In this document: piece after piece, positions 1-13,029 of the stretch
Layout of the letters: every line of letters starts with the position of its first letter
Position numbering within the stretch: position 1 is the first letter of the stretch
DNA from: Octopus vulgaris
Lineage: Eukaryota
Direction of reading: 5' to 3'
Assembly: GCA_951406725.2 (NCBI GenBank)
Contig: OX597821.1
Span: forward strand, 2,604,001-2,668,000
Length of the DNA: 64,000 bases
Translations under genes and position numbers: made by a program
Notes under the pieces: generated by a model
Told to the model about the DNA's origin: nothing
Database searches by the model: none
What the model saw: the letters and a program-made list of their open reading frames with translations, nothing else

Positions 1-36
1 GTAAATGAAGCGGTTTGCATGGGTGTATGTGTATTT

Positions 37-391
<355 letters not shown>

Positions 392-932
392 AACTGTTGT
401 GGTTAGTTTGTGTTTGCATGACTTCTTTTGAAAAGCCATCAATTGAGTATAGCCCGAAAAGAACTAATTTCCAACAAGATATTTAACAATTAGTCTTTTG
501 TCACAGAACTTCTGTTGCACCTGAACCTACGTGCATTTCATTCAAAGACAGCGTTAAGATGGTGCCAGGAGACATGGCAAACAAACGCAAGTGGAATATG
601 CCGCTCAAAACCAAATGTTGAAGTGTTTGATTTTCTGCACATTCAAGTAGCTTTCATTTTATCATACTTTTCTATAACTCTTCTTCTTTTCTCTAATTAT
701 GACCCATTCACCTACCTTTGTAAAGCCATTTCTTTCCCAAACACCCAAACAATCATTCATTCTTTCTCTCTCATTCAATGCCATCTGATTTTTACTGCAC
801 CGTTTTGTCTCTCATTAGCTCTGTCTGTCCTATCTGTCTCTTGTTCTCTCGCCCTCTTTCATTCTCTCCGTGCATATCATTCTTGTTATCTGAATAGTTC
901 TTTCTATCAACCCGTCTCCATCTCTGATTTTA

Positions 933-937
<5 letters not shown>

Positions 938-986
<49 letters not shown>

Positions 987-1124
987 GTCCTTCCACCATC
1001 ACTCATGCTATCTTTCGCTTTCTCTTTTTATTCCTTCTCTATTTCTTTCTACTGAGCGATCTCATTCTCTCATTTTTCATCTCTTTCTCCCTCTCTCTTG
1101 CTCTTTTATCTATATCTCTCTCAC

Positions 1125-1160
<36 letters not shown>

Positions 1161-1242
1161 CTTTTCTCTCTCTCGCACTTTTCTCTATCTCGCATTTGTC
1201 TTTCTCTCTCGCACATTTCTCTCTCTCTCTCTCTCTCTCTCT
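938..1242. repeat. (CT)n-rich microsatellite region
   Basis: Several CT dinucleotide runs in a pyrimidine-rich tract. Confidence 0.9.
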
Positions 1243-1778
1243 TTACGCATCCTAGTCTCTGTCACCACCTCACTCTAACTCCGCTCTGTCTCGGATTATT
1301 TTTCTCTGTCTTGTTCTTTCAATTGAGCTGTTCCCCGCCTAGATATGTTTCTGTGTTTCATTCTATATCAGTGTCGTACGGACATTAATTCATCGAGTTT
1401 TTCAACGATCCATCTATTTCATAAGAGCTTCAGTCACACACACACACAACACACACACGCACACACACATACACACACACACATACACACACATGTTCAT
1501 CCCAAGATGCACCCAAGCAAATACGAGCGAACACATAATAAACACAAGATACAAAAATGAACACGCAGAAATGTTATTACAAAGACACAAGGGTATTAAA
1601 TATATATATAATGTACATATATATGAACAAAGCTAGCGGTTATAGTAAACGGCCAAGGGATTAAATATCCGTATATTCTATCAGTATCCTTTACCTGTAG
1701 TATCCCCGGGCGATGGGGTGCAGGCGATCCATACACATAGAGTGCAGATAACAAGAGGATTAACAATGCAAATAATTA

Positions 1779-2192
1779 GAAAACCACAGATTAACCCAGA
1801 CATCGATCGAACTACATTTATAGCTTATTTATTAATATAAAGCATGACATAACAAATCTTACAGCCGTTTCTAATCAGATTGCCAGAATATAGTCTATAC
1901 GTAAATGCGAGAATAAAACACAACATATTGGGCTTTTAGACTATTTGTCTAAGCCATGTTTTCTTTCCTTTTCTTTATATTGTATGCTCTTGTTTTTCAC
2001 TCTGATGAAGATCAGTTGCCTTAATTCGAATGAACTATGAAGACGGAGAATTTTATATATCGCATTTATGTAAAGACCGCATTATGGCAATCTGATTAGA
2101 AACGGCTGTAAAATCCATTATATCATGCTTTGTATTAATAAATAAGATATAAATGTGGTCCAATTGATGTGTGAGTTTATCTACGGTTTTCT
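1779..2192 (+). mobile_element. Fold-back non-autonomous element, probably Penelope-derived
   Basis: About 140-bp diverged inverted arms (1779-1918 vs 2051-2192, e.g. ttacagccgtttctaatcagattgcca / tggcaatctgattagaaacggctgtaa); TA tracts nearby on both sides; contains a hammerhead motif. Confidence 0.7.
1998..2114 (+). ncRNA. Hammerhead ribozyme motif (type I) with long stem II insertion
   Basis: CTGATGA (2002) a gatcag-ttgcc ...~65 nt... ggcaa(t)ctgatt a GAAA c ggct g TA; stem I weak in this copy. Confidence 0.6.
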
Positions 2193-2202
2193 CCATTTTC
2201 AA

Positions 2203-2258
<56 letters not shown>

Positions 2259-2349
2259 TGAATCGAACGGCTTTTGTGTGTTTCTTAAATGGCATACAAA
2301 CACCTTCCACGCTGCAATTGTTATATATATTTATATATATACATATATA

Positions 2350-2507
2350 CTTTATTTTAAGCAGCAGAAAATTCAACAAAATCTGTTACTCTGAGTTTCT
2401 CGTTGCCGTTCATCAGACAGTTTTTGCTAGAAAAGCATATTACTCTACCACTGGTATTTGAGTACTCTTTTTTCCACCTTGTTTCACATTTATGTGTTTA
2501 CTCCGGT
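2350..2507. mobile_element. Penelope-type 3' end fragment with inverted 5' segment
   Basis: 2350-2432 matches 24439-24521 directly; 2432-2507 is the reverse complement of 24367-24442; TA-flanked. Confidence 0.8.
2383..2420 (-). ncRNA. Minimal type I hammerhead ribozyme
   Basis: Minus strand: ctgt CTGATGA a cg gcaa cg a GAAA ctc a gag TA acag; stem I ctgt/acag, GNRA loop II, stem III ctc/gag, GUA site. Confidence 0.85.
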
Positions 2508-2513
2508 ATATAC

Positions 2514-2552
<39 letters not shown>

Positions 2553-3260
2553 AGTGTGTATGTGTGTACACATCTATTTGGATGGATGTGTACTGCAGTT
2601 GAGTTAAATCAACTAAATGATCATAACTATTATCTCAAAGTATAATAGGTCTCTTATCCATTAGAAACCCGTATTGTATTGGAATTTGTTAAGAATGATA
2701 ATTTAATAAATTTCGAAGATGCACAATTCCCAAATAATCTTTATGATATATTGATTATGTATTCTGTATATAATACTATTCTATATATAATACTATCGAG
2801 TAAAGTACAGCCTTATTATTTATCTTAAACGATTCTAAATCTTACCTATCATTCGATGTCGTTAGACAGATCTGGATTATATCAGAGAGCTAATAAGATA
2901 TATTCCTCCAGATTTCATATCCGTGTTCCTTTTACTTTACACATACATACATGCATACATACATACATTCATACATACATACATATATACATGCATACTT
3001 ACATATATACATGCATACACACACACAAACATACATATATATACATATGTATGTAAAAATATATGTATATATAAGATATTTATGCAAGTGACTAATAAGA
3101 AAAAGTTATATAGGACCAGTGCATGTGTTATTATTGACGTAATGACCCTCCACAGACATAGCGAAATTGGTTTCAACAAATGAGGTCATATCAAGAATCT
3201 TGCAAATGGAATGCAAAAACGATGTATACAATTATACACACAAACGTGTGCACGCATATA

Positions 3261-3305
<45 letters not shown>

Positions 3306-3309
3306 CTTA

Positions 3310-4050
3310 CACGTAACGACAGTTTCTGTGCGGTTACAATCACACCACGTGCTGGTTGATAATTAACAACTGCTTTTTCAAGTTGATTGTCATGCCAAAA
3401 TCATCACAAGCTGAGTCAAATGTAGACGATACAAGAGATTACAGGCAGGCCTGTTTTAGAGTGACTGACTAGATTGCATTAATCAGCGTATAAGAGTTAA
3501 GTAACGAATGAAGTGAAACCCTTTGATTTGAATTTCAGCCTGCTCAGATTATAAACATTATCTGTAATTCGATATTTTTGGTAAATATCCTTGGAGTTTT
3601 GAAAAGCGTGTGACAGCACAGCAGCAAAGTATATTGTATAGAGGGTTGGTGCATCAAGGTTTCCTTCATTTACTCCAGTTTCCACGACAAAAGATTCAAA
3701 GAGCCTACCACCAACATTAACACTAACCTTCATAACTTGACACGAAGCCCTGATCATATTTACAAAATCTTGAGGACAATTTTTTCCCCTTAGAATTCGA
3801 CACAGAGCATTTCCATTAACAGTATCGAATGCCTTGCAATTGTATTGGGCAAGATTCTGCTCATTGGACTTTTCCTGAAATTGTCAGATAGTAAAGATAC
3901 CAGTAATTGTGCCCGTGAAGGATCGAAAGCCACACTGAGACTCAGACACCGGATTTCGAACTACTGAGGTATATAAAGGTTCTAACAGAATACGGGAAAT
4001 ACCTTTCCAAAAGACAGAAGGGAAATCCCACAAAATTTAACATGCAGATC
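3310..4050 (-). mobile_element. RTE-clade LINE reverse transcriptase fragment (decayed)
   Basis: Minus-strand motifs ESQCGFR, QEKSNEQ, KAFDTVN, F.VETGV..G...APTLY.IYF, LLYAD*; stops and frameshifts. Confidence 0.9.
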
Positions 4051-4459
4051 TTTATATGTATGTATACACATACACACACACACATATATATGTATATATA
4101 TATATATATATGTCTGTGTGTGTGTGTATAGATATGTATATATGCATATGTGTGTATATATGTATGTATGTATCTATCTATCTATCTATCTATATACACA
4201 TGTGATATACATATACATGCATACATATACATGCGGCTGTGTTCGTGTTTCTGTGAATATATCGCTATTTACTAAGTGTATCTCGGAACCAGAAGCTTGT
4301 TTGTCAGGCTCCCTTATCTACGCTGCTATGGTATTTGTTTTATACTTAAGACTTTTATTAATACAAATATTACATATTTGTTTACTGGCAACATTATCTT
4401 TCTAAAATAGTTGATAAGCAGTTTGCTACATTGGAAAGTTTAATGCTTACTCCAGGTCA

Positions 4460-4610
4460 GTCACTGGCATTTCGTCCGTCCTTACATAATCAGTTCAAAT
4501 TCTTACATTTCCTCCTTACGGGATTGTTAAAAGAAGTACCAATTGAACACCGGGATCGATATAATTGATTTAACACCTTCATAGGAATTGCTAGTCTTCT
4601 GAAACCAGTA
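4460..4610 (+). mobile_element. Degenerate family-B tRNA-derived SINE
   Basis: Similar to 42358 element (gcatttcgtccgtc, gttcaaattc, aagtacca, gatcgatataattga). Confidence 0.55.
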
Positions 4611-4750
4611 TTAACTCTAGGTGTGACTATATAAAATATTCTATACACGTGGCTATGAATTTGAATTCGGTGTTTGAGCTCTCCCCATCAGATTTTAATC
4701 CTAGCGGATCTGATCGCTGACCAAGATCTGATCGTGTATTCCAGAGGCAA

Positions 4751-4909
<159 letters not shown>

Positions 4910-5214
4910 CTATGTTAAAAAAGGTGTTAGTGGATTATCGTCCACTGTAATACATAGGTATCTAATCAAACTGAAATGAAAATCCTGGCTGAGTGTGTAA
5001 GAATATTCAAATCTATCAAAAACAACGCTGTAAATCCGCCGCTTTTAATATGATTATTGTGAACTTTCAGATGTTTTCTTGCTTTTGAGGGCTCAAAAGG
5101 CCGGTTACCTGGTTCCCAAGACATATAAATAACCGCGATCACAACACGTCCCTTATTGATACGCTGGTCTTCTGTAGGTTTCAAGGCGTTTAATGTTGAG
5201 GAGAGTTGATAAAA

Positions 5215-5388
5215 TCGAAGTTTATTACATCGATCTCACAACTTGACTGTTACCTTTTCGCAGCTTTCCTGAATCGATGAAAGACAAAGTTGACCTCAGC
5301 GGGTATCGAACTGAGAACGTAAAGATTCAAAAGATATACCGTTAGTATTTTACCCGGCGTGCTAACGATTTTTGTCCGGTCGCCACCT
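5215..5388 (-). mobile_element. Degenerate family-B SINE
   Basis: Reverse complement of family head (cccggcgtgctaacg, caaagttgacctcagcgg). Confidence 0.65.
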
Positions 5389-5829
5389 TTGTTAAAACAT
5401 ATAGAGCTCCGTTCATTCTAGAAAAATATCCAACTTCTCAAACGTGGTGGCATGATAAAGATGTTCCTGTGCAGAAGTATGCTCAAAGATTAGACTGAAT
5501 AAATCCTCGGGCCTTTTCAGGTTACAACGTATATTTTCCATTATGCTATCTATCCAATGCAAATTTTAAGACGAAAGTGTATCATTTCAAGTAATTGCTA
5601 CCACATCGAAATGCTATGTAGAAGCTCCTTCTTTGATCATGTTAAACTATTTTGTTCTTATTAGTGTTTAGCATTAAAGTTAAATTGTTCCATTTTCTGT
5701 ATCATAATCCTAGACATATCCTAAATATTTGTTCTGTAATCATGATTACCCTGTTGGTGCCCCCAGCAATAAATCGTTTACATTTCCAGCAAACAATCTC
5801 TTCTTTTATGATATTGTTATATTTAGTCT

Positions 5830-6030
5830 TACCCTGAAGAAGTCACAACAATCCCCCACCCCATATCATTGAGTTCCGAACTGTGTTTCATCTCTGAAAT
5901 ATAAGTACACTCTTCAGGTACTTTTTTCTCCGAATTCCACGTATGTATAAACATGTCACGAAAACATGCCTCATTAGCGACAATGAGAATGTATATACCT
6001 CGTCCCAGCCTACTCCTAACAACAGCCTGA
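5830..6030 (-). mobile_element. Possible Tc1/mariner transposase relic
   Basis: ILIVANEACF...MKHSSELNDMGWG loosely resembles the Tc1 VLFSDESKF...VKH..SVMVWG spacing. Confidence 0.3.
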
Positions 6031-7222
6031 TTACTCTTAAGACGATACTGTATCGTCTTAAGCCATTGAAATCGTAAAAGCATACATCAAACAATGTTAC
6101 GATTCGTCATTTGCAATAGAATATATCTTGTTAGAATGTAATATGTTTTCACAAATTGTTTAAGGAACCTATGTAATCAGGAATAGTTGTAGATATGATT
6201 TCAAGACTCTCAACCCGTGGAATATCCAGGATGTGACTTCTGAATTGGCAAATGATAACATCAGCTTTCGAGGGTATTCCTGTTTTTGTAGCGAGGGCTA
6301 GATATATGTAAAGTGAAATACTTTAATTATGAGCAAAATACATCGCACGTTTCTAGGAGTCGAAATTACGATCACCCGCACGTCTGACCAATTCTGAGAA
6401 CTGGCAAGGTTTGAATATTTCATAGTATAGTATCTGATATAAACATATACAAAATGATCAACTGAAGTTCCTTTCGTCAAAGGATAATACCAATAATATT
6501 TAGTTAATTAACATTATACTTAGTTTTATGTTTAAATTAGCTACCACATATGTTGCTCTCGGTGTCAACGGAATCAATTTCACTATCCTATAGGTGTTCT
6601 AATTAATTATCATAAGGCGGATGCCGCTAAATTAATTCGCTCATCATAGTTGTATAAACTCTCTAATGGAATCACATTTCACCTGTTTAAATGACTGACG
6701 TTCGTAGGCATTATTATTACAGAAGGTTGCCAGAAATATTCTGTACATCGTATGTAGTACAGCACTAACACTGAGACCTCGTTGGTAGTTGAATAAATTC
6801 ACACATTTCGTATATATACTACAAGCTGCGATAATAAATATAACCAGATGATTTCATGTATAATTTTGATGTAATTTTCAGTCACTGCTTTTAACGATTT
6901 AGTTAATTATATCAAATTCAATACGTGGCCGCAGCCTACTTTTCACTTAAACGTCCTCTAGTATGTGGATATGTAACCGTACGTAAATCAACTACACATA
7001 TACATACATTTTAACTGTTACACAAATACACACATGTATAACCCTCATTTCTATTAACCTAGTAACGCATAAACATACATATATAGACCACACTCCCATA
7101 TACATAAGCGTATATAAATAAACATAAGCATGAAGTTTCCAGACATTGATATACATACATACATATATATCGTCACACAAAATATTGGTACAATCAATTA
7201 AAAATTAGAAAATCACTGTTAA

Positions 7223-7747
7223 CCCCTTGACAACGGTTGACGCAAATATGCGATCACACGTTTGCTTGCCTATCTGCGGTTGACGTAAATATACGATGTA
7301 GAGCTGCCCTACACCAATCACAGACTTTTTAGCAGCTGACGTATGTTTACGTTCGCTATCGTGTACTTTATCTCTTGAGGTGCGCGCGCTCGCCGTGCCG
7401 TGCATTATCTCAGCTGTTTTAGGTTACGTCCAAGTCATGAGACTAGCAGTAGACCAATGACATGCGGATACTTGACATGCTTAATACTGTGTTTTGAGTT
7501 GTACCACATGCAAGCTATCTTTTGAACTTGAGCAGAATAACTCGTGCATATCATAAATATGATAAATAACTTCACATAGTTCGTTTTCATAAACCGGTAG
7601 ACGTAAATGTACGACGCTATGTTATTGTAACGGTGAACGTAGATAGACGCGAACCCGTTGGCACTTGTGGGTTTGTGTGGCCCCGTTAGATAAAAAAATA
7701 CACAGAACAGTTTCTCGCATGCTTCGGGTAATACAGGCGTCAAGGGG
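7223..7747. mobile_element. piggyBac-type non-autonomous DNA transposon (MITE)
   Basis: TTAA target duplication (7219-7222, 7748-7751) and TIRs ccccttgac / gtcaagggg; no ORF. Confidence 0.8.
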
Positions 7748-8240
7748 TTAACCTTCACACTCCCACACTTTGCATCAGTAACGAAACAATGGTAATGTAG
7801 AAATTAAGTAAAATCTACAAGTAATTAATATGTGATATTAACTGTTCACCGCCATTTATACTTCGCTCCGGGTTAAACATTTCTGAATCAAGTAAAACAA
7901 TCATTGACATACAAAACATTAATGCAAGACAAAGGAAAGGACGTTCCATTGCAAATAGACAAACATATGTATCTATGTATTTGTTATTATTCAGTTTATT
8001 TCAAGAATTTTTGCCAATAGAGAAAGAGGAACCAGTCTCTAGCCTAGATCCAAATCTCCTTCATTGGAATTACGGCATCAACAGCAGTGTATTTTTGTAT
8101 GTACGTATGTATGTAAGTGTGTGTATGTGTTTACATATATAAGTGTGTGCGCGTGTGTGTCTCTGTGTGTAGACCTACGACATAGACATACAAATGCGTC
8201 AAATTTATCTATTTAGCGGTATATATATACACACACACAC

Positions 8241-8299
<59 letters not shown>

Positions 8300-8450
8300 T
8301 ACACACAAACACACACGTATGTACATATATATACTTTCATACATACATATGCACACTGACACACATACACACACATATCTATATATCTATACGTAAATGC
8401 CGAGCGATGGAAATGAGTGCTCAATACCACATTGGCTTACAGAATTTTTT

Positions 8451-8824
8451 TTATTGTCTCCCCCTTAGCGAAGGCGGCGGTATTGTTTTTTGTCGCGTTT
8501 TTGTTTGTTTGTTTGCTGAACATTGGACAAGATATTACAAAAACTGCTGAATGGATTCGGATGAAACTTTCAGGGATGCTTGGCCTCGTGACTGGCATGA
8601 ACCCATTAGATTTTGGGATCGATCCGGTACCGTACAAGGATTTCGAATTTCTTTTTCCGCTTTTTTTTTTAAATTAATTTTTGAGTTCATTTTTTGTTTT
8701 CCCGTTTGTGAGAGAAGTCGAGTTTATTTCAGATATTCTAAATTTAAAACCCATCTCTGGCTAATCGTTGAAAAGACATTGCTGATGCCTTGGCGGAGAT
8801 TTGCGCCCTCTGATTGTTCTTGTT
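8451..8824 (+). mobile_element. Helentron-associated non-autonomous element (HINE/DINE-1-like)
   Basis: 5' tctccccc-ttagcgaagg hairpin, (gttt)n tract, ggattcggatgaaacttt core, 3' ccttggcggaga subterminal IR followed by tail ending ttgtt; T-rich insertion site. Confidence 0.65.
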
Positions 8825-10869
8825 CGTGAATTAAGGCTATCATTGGTTTCACGTTGAGAAAAATAGGAAATTTTCTTAATATCTTCATTTTCAAGCTGAT
8901 CGCATAGAGGAACGGTGTTCATCTCCTTTTTGCATAAACATAAAGCCTCGTTGAATTCATGTCTTTGCTACTCCGTCATTATCTGTGATCTTGGACTTGC
9001 ATTGAAATTGTTTTTTGAGACAGTTGTTTAAAAGGTAGCGGTTTAGATATTTGGAGTTGCATTATCTTTCAGGTGTAACTCTGGTGTGTTTATTCTTGGT
9101 ATCGAATATTGGAATCTCGCACGCAACTCAAAGAAACAAATGCAAGATGCCATGTTGCAGCAACTTATGTTCAGAACAGATTCAAAGTAACTATTGCTAC
9201 AAAAGAAAGAGAGAAGTGTTTCAACTTGAATTGGGGCTGCTGTACTACTGCTTCCCTAGTGTTGGTCAAAGTTTCTATTGAATATTGGTTGCTTAAAACA
9301 CGGACAAAATAATTAAATGCAGATTGTACTGCCCAGAAATATTGTCGTCGCTGGTTACAAGCGCATACATGTGCAGCATTGTGAATCTAGATGAAGAAAA
9401 ATTTGCTGCAGATAACATCAGAAAATTAACACCAAATATCTTGCGTCAACTGGAAAAGATAAACTCATGCAAATGCTTTAGCAATTTCAATAATGAATCA
9501 ATAAACGGCAGACAAATTTTAATCCTTTCCAATAATAAAAATGATTATTTCGATAATCATTTATATTCATTTAACTCAGTCTCAATTTCGAGCATGTTGA
9601 TGGGAGGGGATAGCTAGATAGGATGGACTAAGTTGCCATATTGGTAATATACCTGTTGCTATTTTTATGTCGCATTTTTTCATTTGAGGAATAGTCAACG
9701 AAGCATAGAAATGAAATACGTAGTTGAGAAAGTGCTAGCCGACATAGAGGACTGCAAGCCATTTGAATATTGGAAAAAGTTAAATGTATCATGATGATTC
9801 GCGTTGGGTATTAAAATGCTGGGATCATGAGCGCTGATTAGTGCTCTGTGAACACTACCAAAACACTAAAACCCGACATGGACTGCTGCAACTGAGCCAG
9901 CCAGAAGTGACACAGCAGCATCTCTCACTGCGTCCGCATGCTATATCTCGTCCCCGTGTCTTTGATCAAATCCTGAGGGTCAATTCAGACAGCGATGTGA
10001 GTTTACTGGAGACAGTTGTCAAACGCTGGCTGGAGATATTTTGCTCCTGGAAGATCAAATATGGCACCATGTGTCGTCTCCTTGTCATACCTCCATAAAG
10101 AGTCCTCAGTGGTTCTCGCAGAATTTTCTATTTCACCAGCCCCAATTTCTTGTCTCCTAATTTCTTCCATTGAAATGGACTACTTTGAGTGGGATGTGGT
10201 TGGGAAAGACACTAACCGCACTGCAAGCAACCTTTCGATCGAGCAGTTGACCAAGGAAAGGAATTTTGCAGATTTTCCCAGGGTCAGGTCTACCCAGAAA
10301 TTCATGCGCAAGTTTCCGAAGCCATCTTGAGGATATTTTGGAAGTAGATGACAGCTGCTCCGAATAATTTCTTAGATCCTCACTATATTCTAGATGATAT
10401 TTTCAGATTTTTAAAATAGATTTATTTTTGGATGAGATATGCTGGTTTATATTCATTTAATGCAGAGACAAATTTAGCTTCAATCCCATTTCTTAACCGA
10501 TTCCGAAGTGTTAAAGGCTAAGATAACTTCAGTCACATTTGAACCATAAAACGCGGTAGAATTGTGGAAGGAGCAATTTAGAAATATCGATGTTTCGAGC
10601 TTGATGCCTTTAATTAAATAGCCATTCTTCGCCTTGTTCCAGTGTGGCCTACCCAAAATAGTAACATGGAAACACAGTTCACAATGAGAGAGAGAATGGT
10701 ATGCTTACCGAATGCTACTTAGCGTAAACATATAATATGAAGAAAAATATCCAAATATCTAACCGAACCACTAAATGTACATTCCATTATCCTTCTCTCT
10801 GCACACAAACACTCACCACACACACACACACAAACACACACAAACACACACACGCATGCACGCACAGAA

Positions 10870-10898
10870 CCATATATATATATATATACATATATACA

Positions 10899-10959
<61 letters not shown>

Positions 10960-11093
10960 GTATACATACATATATATACACATATATGTATATAGGCTAT
11001 ATGTGTGTATGCATACATATCTACATACACATACATATATACACACATATATTTTTATATGCGTATATGTAGACACACATACGCACGAATATA

Positions 11094-11147
<54 letters not shown>

Positions 11148-11286
11148 CATATGTATACATACATATATATACACATATATGTATATAGGCTATATGTGTG
11201 TATGCATACATATCTACATACACATACATATATACACACATATATTTATATATGCGTATATGTAGACACACATACGCACGAATATA

Positions 11287-11351
<65 letters not shown>
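10870..11351. repeat. TA-rich compound microsatellite containing a ~193-bp tandem duplication
   Basis: Unit ...tataggctatatgtgtgtatgcatac...gtagacacacatacgcacgaatatatgc(TA)n occurs twice (about 10954 and 11147). Confidence 0.9.
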
Positions 11352-11353
<2 letters not shown>

Positions 11354-12899
11354 TGTGTTTTTACGTATGCCTATTTATGCAAATATATAGGCGAACAAAT
11401 GAGAGAAAATTACACTCTGTATATGAAGTATAGGTTATATTTGTAATTAATCACGGAATAATTCTCATATGTATTAAGTTAATGTTTCACATGTAAGAAA
11501 AATTCGCAGTAACACAGTCACTACGCAATTTATTGTCATTTGTTGAGACCGATAAATGTCTGAATGACGTTGCTCATTTTCTTTTTTCACTAGACGTAGC
11601 GGGGAATATTTAAATCAGGTCATGTAGAAACGTGCAAATTCGGTAACAACACGATATCGATTATTCTCTTCTATTTCATACTCTAGACACAGTGTTTTGT
11701 GATGTCCAGTTAATCTGTTTCTTTCTACAAACTGCACCAAAATTTGACTACGCTTTCCCTGGGAATTAGAAGTTCTGGTACAGAAATTGATCAAGAGGCA
11801 TTTGGATTTTTATGGATATTAAAGGAATATATAGGACCAGATTATTATTTAATTGTTACATGTAGAGTCACAGTGTGAAAATATAATCCTTTTATAAACT
11901 TTAGAACTTTAGTCAGGAATCTTATGTGAGGTGAAAACATGTAGTATGGTTTATGGTTTACTTTAGATATGTGTTTCGCAGTTGCATATCAGCCACATAT
12001 AATTCTGTCTGGAAAACGTTTTTCTTTATATGAGTGACTCAGGCGGTCTCGCACGATCCATTCCGTAAATGAAATAGGATAGGTTTACTTGGGCCGGGAA
12101 AAAAGCTTCGGAAACATGGCAGAACTGGAATTTATTCCCGAAGTACGACATTGCAAAACAACAATTTGAGGAACAGCATATACCCGGCCGAAAGTACTCT
12201 CTATCTGAGGTTACCTAATTCGATAGGGAGTCAATTAAACGATCCAAGTGTTATGAAACTCTACACAAGTAAATGGTGGAATAATGATAATAATTCCGTC
12301 CGTCTGCTACAATGATACATCATGTAAGAATAGCAAAATTCAAGCAATCAAATTAAGAAGAAATAATTGTAAATTCATATGAAATAAGAATTTCGACATT
12401 ATATTCTTCTTGATCATAATTATACAGTTGTGTGTGCACCGTATTTTGTTTATTAATCAATGCATGTAGTGGGATAGATAAAATGCAACAAGCTTAAAAT
12501 GCATTGAGTATAAACAGAAAATTCATTTATTCATAACCGGTTTCAATTTCTCAAGATTTCCAGAAGTTTGAAGTTTGAAGGACGTGGATATAGCGTCAGA
12601 AACTATAGATTTATTTACACATATGTATGAAATGTCCAGTCCTTCAATCATCTAAGCGAGTAAGATAATTGAATTAGAGTGTGACAGGGTATTAACATAA
12701 TTCCTTGTCAAAATCAACGTGGTAAATTATGACACTAGTGGCCATTTAAATTAAAACTAAGCAGGTTTAAACACTGGATATGGATCACGCCCAGATGTAG
12801 CCCTTTCGAAATACACCACATGAGGAATTGAACTCGAAACTACAACCACATGAGTGCAAAGTATGCTTGTCAACCATTCGGTGTAACTGCTGCAACATG

Positions 12900-12943
<44 letters not shown>

Positions 12944-13029
12944 TATGTATGTATGTATGTATATATACATAAATATATATATATATATAAACAAAGAAAA
13001 TCCTGAGTTCTATACAAATCAAAATCCTA

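Noticed and set aside
515-1255. 246-aa ORF, longest near the window start
   Set aside because: TTG start; length comes from a CT-rich low-complexity tract; no recognisable domain
10170-10330. Minus-strand peptides GFGNLRMNFWVDL (fibrinogen-like) and SIERLLAV (GPCR DRY-like)
   Set aside because: Short look-alikes from unrelated families in one frame that hits a stop; no supporting domain context
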